From: Klebsormidium nitens
Taxonomy: Eukaryota; Plantae; Klebsormidiophyceae
DNA length: 50,160 nucleotides
Assembly: GCA_000708835.1 (NCBI GenBank)
Contig: DF237572.1
Span: forward strand, 1-50,160
Reading direction: 5' to 3'
A program made the translations under genes and the position numbers. This document shows positions 26,701-36,134 of this stretch, piece after piece. Position 1 is the stretch's first letter, and each line of letters opens with the position of its first letter. The notes below the pieces were generated by a model that was given only the letters and a program-made list of their open reading frames with translations, was not told the DNA's origin and did no database searches.

Positions 26701-29700
26701 CCGAAAGCGCCGCAATTCCTGTTCCAAGTATCATAACTGATAAAGAACCTTCATCCTTTCAAACTAAAGCTTTCACATCCTTCTGACCTCGACCCATCTG
26801 CAACGACAGGAACTATACCGACAATCTCTGATACGATCTTCACTCTTCTCCTGACCTGGGGAATGCGAGCCGCTTGGTCTCGAGGTAGTCTGACAGTCCC
26901 TTTTGCACGAGGTCCAGCAGCTTGTTGGCCTCCTGCAGGTTCTTCAGCAGCTCCTCGTCCGACGCGACCACCATGGCCTCCGGATTTTTCGCCACCTTCT
27001 CCATCGTGCGCCGCCACGTGGTGTCCACCGCGCGGAACTTGCGCCCCTCCGACGGCATTTGCTGCACGCACAGAGGGACACGTGTCAGCCTAGTGGTGTG
27101 CGCGGGGTCCTATTGCATGAGGGAGAATGCCGTAACAGCTTGGAGGTGAATTACGAGAGGCACCTTGCCCTGAAAAGCCAAGGAAGTCAGTTGCAAGAAA
27201 TTCTGCCAGCACTACGTATGAATGTAAGAGCACATACCCACAAGTTCCCAAAACAGGACGGCTTACTGACTGCAAGTCGGCAAGGCTTGGCCCTTCAAAT
27301 CCGCTTTTAGCTTGACTTCTTTGCTGAATCCTCTGACAGATTATGCGGATGTTGAAGGTCTGCCGGCCATGGAAATACACCTTGACACCCCAAAGCCCTC
27401 AAACCCTATGTTTCTATAACCCTGAAACCCTCAAGATCGCGCGCGCACCTGCATGATGTCCTCGCTGCCGAAGAGCCGAAGATGGGCTCCAGGTAAGATA
27501 TACTGCCGCCCGACAGGAATAAAACCCGAAGAGCCTAGAACCATTTTAACCTTTAATACCCCACAACCCTAAAGGTCGCGCGCGCACCTGCATGATGTCC
27601 TCGCTGCCGAAGATGGGCTCCAGGTAGAGCCAGGCCTGCTGGCACTTGAGCCACTCGTCCACGATCTCCTGCATCGTGTTCAGCTTCGCCTCCCACAGCT
27701 TCACGCGGTCCTCGAACGGCCCAATATACGGCGACGCGCGCATACTCTGCGTTTTCACGATCTGGTCGTCCAATAGCATTTGCAGCTCGTCCAATCCGCG
27801 CAGTATGCACGTCCCAGTTTCCCGCCACTTGATGTAGTCGAACTTGACGCCCGCCCACTCGCCCTGCATCTTGTCCAGCGTGCGCTCCAGGCTGTACTCC
27901 TTGCTCGCGAACTCGCTCACCTGCGCGCGCGGAAACGAGGGCTCGGGGCTTAGAACCTTCATGTCTCCAAGAGTGACACACCTGACTCTTCAGATTCAAG
28001 TTAGAGTGCTTCAGAAAAGGTGAGAAAATAATGAGGAGCGGGTAAACGCCGCTGAGCACACTTTCGAGATCGATTTCCGGTCTCACACACGCAAGCACCA
28101 CTGTCCCACAGAGCCTCGTATTAACAGGGCATGTTTTATTTCAGTTTTCCTGCCGGCTACAATCCCCACCCCCGTTTTCGCCATTAGTTTTTGCTGCACT
28201 TCGAGTACTCATCAAGAACCCACATCTAGTTCCTTAATCTGAACGTACTTCGAGTCCTGATCTCCCCTTACCTCCTCGAGCGCAGTCAGCTTGGTGTTGA
28301 GATTGAGCGCGAGCGCGCGGCTGACGCTGAAGTTGGCGTCCGCGCGTACGGGGAAGCCGACGGCGTCCGAGAGCTTGGCCCAGTGGCGGTCGCGCATCCC
28401 CGGGTTGCGCAGCGCCACGATCATGGGCAGATGGCCCTGGAACGATTCCACACGCGACTTGAGCTGCCCCGCCACGTCTACGGCGGCCCCGGAGACCTGC
28501 TTCAGGGACTTGGAGGTCGCCCTGAAAATAGGAAGATTAGTATAGTGGTCAGTTGCGGCTAGATTTACAAGCTGGACCTGTTAAGCAGCGAAGGAGAAAA
28601 TGCAGGTTGAAAGTGTTGAATCGGTTTGCGATGGGCAAACAAGAGTGATCGGAAGAGGTTGCAAGGAACCTTTTGGCTAGGCGTTGCAAGGGAGGAAAGT
28701 CACTAGAAGACGACGAGTAGACTCCAAAAATCAGGACCAGAATTTCCTTTTACAAGCCTCTACAGTAGTTGGCAATCACTATGTTCTGCAGAACCAACTT
28801 TGCGCTAACAACAACGCAACGCTCGTTTCCGGTTCTCTCCTAACCTCTGCCTAACCCTCACCTGCTCCACTTGTCCATGTCCGCGGTGACCGCGTCCGCA
28901 TCCAGGTCCGTGAACGGTCCGTCCATCCAGCCGGGCAGCGCAGTCGTGAATTCGCCGGCGGTGCGCCAGAGCGTGGCGTACGGATCGAACTCCTTTTGGA
29001 TGTCCTTGAGCTGCGGGTACTCGCTCGCGGGGAGCGCGAAGATCGCCTCGCGCGCGTTGTAAAGGTCCGCCGCGGCCGCGCACTGCGCCAGCTTCGCCTC
29101 GATGTCTTGCACGTACGCGACGCGCTCCTCCACCTGGAAAAGAAAAAGGGTTTTGGAGGGGATAGGATTTGGGCCTTGCTACCCAACAAGGTCCTTTGGG
29201 GGGAAAGGGAAGGATCTTCAATTGCTTATGATATGGTTTTTATATATTCCATCCCTAACCCTGAAAGCCTATTATACAAGTAGAGCATCCGACACCTTCC
29301 TAGACCCACTGATGCAGAATCGCGAATACAGCGAAGATACTGGTGATCTCAGCCTGCGAGGTGTTGCTCAGCAAGCCCTAGTAACGCAAGATATTCCTGA
29401 GCGCAAGGCTTCTTGAGGTGGAGAATAGGAAGACTGGTGACCAGTCATTATTACGCGCAAAAGGATACAATCACATAACGAGCGATTGTCTTCAACACGT
29501 GGGAGCACCAGCACCGGACCTGATCAAGGTCCCCTTGCACGATGAACTGCTTCACGTCCGCTGCGATCGCGTCGATGTTCTCCAGCAGCGCGCGCTGGTC
29601 GCGCGCGAGCTCCTTGGTGAACGCGGTGCGCGCGCCCGCGAGCCGCGCCTCGCACTCCTGGAGCGCGGCCTGCATGCGCTGCGGCCACGCGGCGGTCGCC

Positions 29701-32700
29701 CAGTGGAGGTCCGCGGCCGCGTCACCCGCCTCGAACTCGAGGCGCTCCAGCAGCTCCCACGCGGCCGCGCTCTCCGCGATGTCCTTCTCGAGCGCGGCCA
29801 TCTCCTTACGCGAGGCGGCCAGGTACTTGCGCAGCTCGTCCAGGTCTTCCGCGGTCTGCGGAAACGGAACGGCGCGGTCAGCAGATTAGAAAAACTGAGG
29901 GCGAAGAAGAGACGGCTGAAGTTGCTTAACGAAGCCAGATTACGAGGGGAAAAGAAACAACGAAGCTGATGTTCTGAGTGGCATCCAAATACTTTCCTTC
30001 TGATTGAGCTTTTCAAAGGGGACGATGGTCTGCCAAATGAGCAGCAGCGCATCGAACGCATACACTCGGTCTCCTAATTCAAATGGTAAAATCAGGGGGC
30101 TGAAGGAAATTTTCGAAGCCGGAACATAGGATAAACGACCGTTACGACCGTCCGCCTTACCTTGAGGTCCTTTTGCAGTTCCGTTTGGATCTCCGCGAAG
30201 CGCTCGCAGAGGAAGCGGTTGCGGTCGGAGGTGGTCTTGAGCACCTGCGCCATGAGCATCTGCGCGAGCTGCAGGGCCTTCTCGCGCAGCGATGCGCGCA
30301 CCTGGGTGCAGTTGACGACCACCATGCGGAACGGCACGTGGCTGTCGCTCTCCTCCAGCACCGCCTCCGCAACCTGGACGGGACGGAACGGAACGCTGAG
30401 ATAAAGAACGATTGGGCAAGACAAGAGGTTGTGACGAGGATGGCGTGCTTTGCCGGAATGTGACTCACCTGGAAATAGAGTATCCTTGCCTGTAGTGTTT
30501 GAGTTCTCTCGATTTTTTGAGTCTCGAAGTCAGATATTAACACAAGGATGCAGTATGATCAGACGGCTTTTGTTCAGACAGAAGCAACAGGGTGAACATC
30601 TTAAGCACTGAAACCTCTCGAGCTAACGGTAAGGTTTGTCCCAGACGTCACCTATTTTTGATTCGAGTGGCAAAAGGACCGAAGACCTCGAACAGTGGCG
30701 GACCGAAGCTTTAACTCCAGACAGAGCACCCCAGCAAAATGCACACCGCTCCGCTTCGAAGATCATGCATCGCGCACCCTGTTATGCCGCGTGATCTCGT
30801 CCTCGTACTTGTCCAGAGAATTCTTCTCCCCGGCCCACTCCTCCAAATACTTGGCCGCATCCATGCTGACCAGGCTCTGGTACCGCCCGTAAGCGCCCGC
30901 GAGCTCCTGCGGCCCCACCATGTTCTCCTGCAAAACCTCCTGCACGCGCGCGCGCCGCGCGGCCGCGAAGGGCTCGCCCGCGGTGAGCGTCTTCATGGGG
31001 CTCGGCTCGTAGATGTCGAACAGGACGGCCAGCCGCGTCGTGACGTCATCCACGTTGGAGGCCTTCTCGATGATGGAGTCAAACAATTGAAGGATCTGTT
31101 GAGTAGAGATCACAACGGTCAGATTGATTTCAGGAAAAGGGCTGCAATTCAAAGTATGCCAGAGTACGGATCCTTTCCAGACGCTCTCGTTCTAGCAGTT
31201 TTCCTGCTGTCGAGACCTAAAAGAGTCGTGCCCCAGGTCCAATACCTCTTTACAACTTCGCTTGCACCATCTTTGGATCTGATTCTTACGGCAAGTGACT
31301 TCACTGAATCCCGAAAAATTACGACTGCTAGCTTTAAGGATATGAAGTATACTCCCCCCAGTGTTGTGCATTACACTCTTGTAATTCTGCCGTTCTTCAA
31401 GCGGATTTTCATAAAGCAGCCGCTTCCGCCTGAGAGGACAGCCGCCCACTCACCGTTCCTTCGAGCTCGCTCAGCTTCGGCACAAACTCGAACCGGTCCC
31501 GGTCCACCGTCAACTGCACCTCGAAGACTGGGTCGCACAATGCGCGTGCCCGCGCCTGCGTCGGCCGCGCAGTGTGGCTGCCCCCTCGCGGCGACGCGGG
31601 CGCGTGCGCTTCGGACGCGGCCGCGGGTTCGGCCGCGGCAAACTGCTCCCAGATCTGGACGAAGGCTTCGAGGCTCTGCTGTACGACGGCGCGCAGCTGC
31701 GCGGTCATGACGAGCGCCAGTCGCCGCACGAATCGCACCAAAAGTTCCTTCCGCTCGGGGGTGAGCGACTCGCCCACCTGCGGGCACAGGTCCTCCACCA
31801 TGCTCACCACCCGGGGGACCCACCTGGGGAAAGGTGCGGTAACGGGTGAGGTTTGGAGGATAGAGGATCGCAAGAATGACGACGGAGCACTTGTAGAACT
31901 TGCGCGAGCAGAATGTATCCCTCCGTATACGATGAGAAATCGGTTGTCGCTGCCGATTGACAACGGGTACGATCCAATAGTCTAGCTGATGGGAAAGAGT
32001 CATCTGAATGCTAAAGCTTTGTTGACTGCTAAAGCTCTGAATTTGATCGAAGTGCCGCCAGTATACACTCTGTCCACCTTCGAGCTATCGACCTGCAATG
32101 GACCCGTTCCTGGACTCCGAGGCCCCACTCCCTCAGCTTTCTCGCTTCTTGGGCCCGTACAAAGGGAACTAGAAGCGGCGGCACTTTTGCTCACTCTTGC
32201 TTGAGCTTGTCCGCGGCGTCGTCCATCTCCTCAGTCTGCGCGTCCGCGTACGTCTGCAGCAGCGCGGGGCGCGCAACGCGCGCAAGTTTGGGGTCGATCA
32301 TGAGCACATTGGAGACGTCCATTTCCGTGAAGTACTTTTGCAGCGCCGCCAGGCAGCCCCCGTCCCCAATACACAGCGTCTTGCGGATGCTGTCCAGCGC
32401 GGCCGCGAAACCTTCTGGGCCGTACGGAACGCTCACGCACCCTTGCCTGCAGCAAAGACCGAGGGTGTGCAGTTCGTGAAGATTTGGAAGCAACGGAGGG
32501 AGGCGTGCTCAGGGCTGGCGCATCGCACTGCCCGTCTTCGAACTTAAAAGCGTTGCGCAGACTATAAGCGTGTCCAAACTTCGCAACAAAGACGGTGTCT
32601 AGGCGGATGTGATATGAATCAGGGCTTTGCAGCCCATAATGTGTGTTCATTCTGTGTTCTTTTCGTGTACTTTAGTGCTCGGTTCTCGGATATCCCCAAC

Positions 32701-34812
32701 ATCTCTGGGTCAATTCACGACCAGACTTCGCCGTAATCATTTGCACTCACGCTGGCAATGGCCGGACGTTATCTTCCGGCTGCACCCCCATCTCCTCCAG
32801 CTTGAGCCGCTTGTTGGGCGGCCCGTGAAAGAAGGCTTCTTCCACGATCGCACGCTTCACCGCAAACTGGTAGTCCTCCCGCGCAGCTTCATAGTAGTCG
32901 TCGACCACGGAGATGAGCTTGTGCGACATCTGCCACCCGGCCAGGTACATCAGCCGCTGCTTGAAGTCCTCGTCCAGGCGGTCCGGGTTGTCGAACGGCT
33001 GCCCAGCAATGAACGCGTAGTACCGCTGCAAGAAGTTTCAAGTGGGACGGTTGAGAGTCGTTTCTGTGACGCGGTTCTTGGATTTGAAACTGAAAGGGCT
33101 TTGAGGCAGCCCTATCGTCGATTAAGCGAAGATTGAAGACAAAGCGCTCGAACCCGCGTATTGATACGGCTCTGATCAGTCTCTCCACGTGCACCATCGT
33201 GGGGTTGTGCCGAAGGATTGTCGGACCCAAAGTTAGGTGTTGCTAAAGGAGCTTCTACTTTGTATATGTTTGGGTGCTGGCTGTAAGATACTGCTGACAC
33301 TCCCAACCACAGTCTCGTGAGTTTTCAAGTGTCATAAGTTGTCAATGCTGCGACGGAGGCCCCTCACCGCAATTTCCTCTTGTCGTACCCGCTCCTCCTC
33401 TGCTGCCTGCATCCTCCTCCGGAAGATACTCTCATCCTCGAAGTCGAATAGCAGGTTCAACCTGTAAAAGCAAACGGGTATCAGCCAAGCCAGAGTAAAG
33501 TTACAACACATCGCACCACCAGTATCTTCCAAGGCCTGTGGGCATTCTTTTTCCGTGCATGCAAACCTTCGCAACGCAGAATTTTCCGCAAGTAGACAAG
33601 ATTGGCGCTTGCCTCTTGACATGCTTGCGCTTGCCCGTCTTCTGCCACTCAATGAGGTAACTGTCATCCTCTGCCTGGTACTGGATGACTGTGCATGCTG
33701 CCCAGGTCTGCTGGCCGCTCGTGTCAAAGTAGCGCGACTTGGCAACAGCGCCCGCCTCGCCCCTCTCGTGAGCCTGCACTCGTACAGGGCCGTCAGAGAT
33801 GAGACTGTTCTTCGAAGGGTAGTCCTGGACCGGGATTGCTTTCCTGACGCCAAATAGTGCCTGCATGGTGCTCAGAGCGGGCCTTCTTGTGCAGGAGGAA
33901 GATTACCCCTCTGAGTCCGGTCAGGTGCACACCGACAATATTTATTCTTGGAGGCGGCATCGGTTTGATGGCGCTCAGAATTCTGATGGCTTTGGCAGCA
34001 TGCCAGCCAATATGGCAACACAGCTGCCGCTATTTTGTGCAGCATTCCCAACAGATCCTCTCAAAAAGTGTGGTAAGATCTAGCCAGCAGCCTTCTCAAC
34101 AAGTAATCTCAGAGAGTGTGGTAGTACTGCCCAGCACCTGGCGGATGTACACAGCCGGGTGCACCAGGTCCTGGCTCGGATCGTCAAACAGCTCCAGCTG
34201 CGCATGAGCTCCATTTGGGGCTGCCCCATTTTCAGCATCCCCAGCTTTTGCCTCTGTTTGCAATTGTTCTTGCCCGCTTTTACCCTTGGTAAACAGCAGC
34301 CACGTTGCTGGCCGCGGCGGGAAGCTCCCCGTGTTGAGCGGATCATACCCCAGCTTGGGCTCTGATTCAAATTTGATTTGGGGGGCTGCTGAAATAGGAG
34401 ACGCAGGCAGAGGCAGGGGCCCAAATGTTGTCGGCGACTGCGACGGTTCCTCGATCAACAACCGCGCGCGGTTGCTGCCCTCAATCTTCAGCGAGGGCAG
34501 CTTCTGCAAGCCCCCAAGCACAAGCGCGCTCTTCTCCTCGTGACTGGTCTTCCGGGACGGGGAGCTTTCAAACGTGACGGCATTCTGACCGGCGGTCGGG
34601 CTCTGCGCCCCCGGCTCTGGGTGCACCTTTTTGGCACCCCCGTGTCCGAATGCGGACGGGCTAAAAGCCTTGGGGAGGCGCACTTTGACCGGGGGAAGGA
34701 TTGTGGCGCTGCTTTTTGGAACTCCCGAGCCCTTTCCTGGGCTTGTGTGGCCCGGTTGTGCTGCCCCCTCCCCTGGGGCCTTGCCCACGTGCAAACCCCC
34801 GGGGGGAGCCAT
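8749..34812 (-). CDS. DNAH7-like: Axonemal inner-arm single-headed dynein heavy chain (DNAH3/7/12-type, IAD-3), complete, 38 exons, ~4240 aa
   Basis: Exons traced with consistent phase: 34812-34138, 33860-33613, 33461-33368, 33025-32751, 32446-32195, 31823-31454, 31095-30778, 30373-30161, 29855-29520, 29133-28862, 28521-28272, 27920-27588, 27061-26856, 26469-26262, 25844-25611, 25252-24984, 24657-24420, 24030-23860, 23571-23406, 23116-23019, 22725-22504, 22122-21856, 21333-20533, 20186-19820, 19301-19112, 18758-18324, 17871-17625, 17204-16846, 16463-16157, 15824-15513, 15171-14992, 14628-14467, 14141-13953, 13531-13112, 12770-12525, 12197-10704, 10363-10099, 9788-8749 (sum 12729 nt). Motifs: AAA1 [18 protein letters not shown] and CFDEFNRID; AAA2 GLSYGAKT and FDGPVDA; AAA3 GNTGTGKT and FVDDLNMP; AAA4 GVGGSGRQS; [17 protein letters not shown]; C-terminal [32 protein letters not shown] resembles DNAH3/7. 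Confidence 0.97.
19267..19406 (-). repeat. Tandem duplication (99-nt period) of a dynein splice acceptor plus exon start
   Basis: 41-nt copies at 19267-19307 (true exon 25 start) and 19366-19406 (intronic), 38/41 identical. Both carry TGGCAG|GCGGTTGGTA on the minus strand. Confidence 0.95.
21477..21670. repeat. Old, diverged ~102-bp tandem duplication inside dynein intron 22
   Basis: GAGATG..AAACGCGTGGCT at 21477 and 21579; CTAT(T)AAGAC near 21546 and 21647; C.CGAAAA near 21556 and 21659. All are offset by ~101-103 nt. Confidence 0.65.
27437..27626 (-). repeat. Tandem duplication (139-nt period) of a dynein exon end plus splice donor
   Basis: 27576-27626 (true exon 12 end plus GTGCGCGCGCGA donor) is copied at 27437-27495, identical except for an 8-nt internal micro-duplication (GCCGAAGA). 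It is flanked by AACCCT-like motifs. Confidence 0.95.
33462..33612 (-). other. Non-canonical GC-AG intron (dynein intron 2, 151 nt)
   Basis: GTCAAGAG|GCAAGC ... TTTTACAG|G TTG AAC joins KHVK-R-LNLLF in frame. I saw no nearby GT giving the same join. Confidence 0.75.
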
Positions 34813-36134
34813 GATCAGCTCTGCTTTATATGCGGCCCTACCGCAGCCTCATTGTGCAATCAAGGCTATGGCTACGACCCAGAGCTCTTATGCTTCAATG
34901 GCGTTCAAAGGTGAATATCTGATCAAAGCAGCTTTAACGAAGGTGCCTCGGATATCGGAACAGATGCTAGTGCTATTCATACAGCTAGATAGCATTCTGG
35001 CTCAGGTAGAAAGATACTGAAAATGCAATCAGAGGCAGAGATAGAACATTGAAAGTATATCGTGCCTCCGCTTCAATGAATTGATTGCTGGTGCAGTCCA
35101 TGCATGAAATTACCCATGCCGACAAGCTTCAGGATGAAACGTAACTCATGTGAATATCATGGTTCGCACATGGCCCACAGTCTGAGCAGTGAGAAGTCCG
35201 CTGATACCCGTGCCGCCGCGGGAAGCTGCTAATAATGCGCGCACAGGGGTTTCCTCTTCTGGTCAAGAAGATGAAAGAAGGCAAAAGCCACGACGCACGC
35301 AGCTTTTTCTGTTCTGTTCACATAGAGGACTACCGGGTGCAGACCATGTACAGGTCAGTACCTTGCTTGAGTACAAGGCAAGCCTCTTGCGCATGCACGT
35401 AGGTAGTTCAGCTGGCTGAATTTATCAGTGCTGATCTATCAATGGAGCTGAGCCTGACGTATCCCTACAAGCAGATTCCGGACATTGCTCTTGGTGCTGA
35501 AAGCGCTTCACAGAGAAATTTTTTTGTAGGAGTTCGAGCTACACCAGCTTGCAACAAAGGTCTGCCTCTGGGGCCAGCTCCATGATCCCTCAACACTCGT
35601 CGATTACCACAATACTATATTGAAGAGAACCCTTGATTAAGGATTGAGGATTGCCTCTTTGAGACCTGTCTCAAGATAAACAAGGAGCTAGCCATCACTG
35701 TCAGCTTCAGAGCTCAATCATCGGAAAGGCTTCTGGTACTCATTGTGAAACACCGAAGCACACCGGAGCTGGAAGAGCTGGGAACTGGAAACTCAAGTAC
35801 ATGAAGTTCTGATAATTTGATTACAGTGCACCTACCCACAGCGTGAAATTAGAAGTAGCCTGTAGTGAGGGCACCTTCCTCTAGCAGTGATTTGTGGCCC
35901 ATTTTCATTGTATGTTTCGTAAATGTGCGGTGTTCCCCTTCACCGCTGGCAGTGGAAGTGGCCGGTCGCATGTTCTGAGGTGAAGGTTTCCCAGCAGAAA
36001 TAGTAAAAATTTGTGGAACCTTGGATATCACATGAGGCATGACCGTTGCAGATAAGAGGTTAGAGGTGGGCAGATTAGAGGCCAGAGGTGGACGCTGATC
36101 CACTACACATTTTGTAATGAAGCCTCTGAAGGGC
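34813..36134. promoter_or_regulatory. Candidate bidirectional promoter region between dynein heavy chain and CCDC151
   Basis: The divergent start codons at 34812 (-) and 36135 (+) are 1322 bp apart, with no credible CDS between them. No motif was identified. Confidence 0.45.

Noticed and set aside
30739-31710. 323-aa plus-strand ORF antisense to dynein that stays open across a 358-nt intron
   Set aside because: Its ends are antisense shadows of GC-rich exons. One stop-free intron frame among ~220 intron-frame combinations is not surprising, and the product is not protein-like.
8665-34543. Dozens of Arg/Ala/Gly-rich overlapping ORFs on both strands within the dynein gene
   Set aside because: These are off-frame or antisense by-products of very high GC3, and the true exons explain the region fully.
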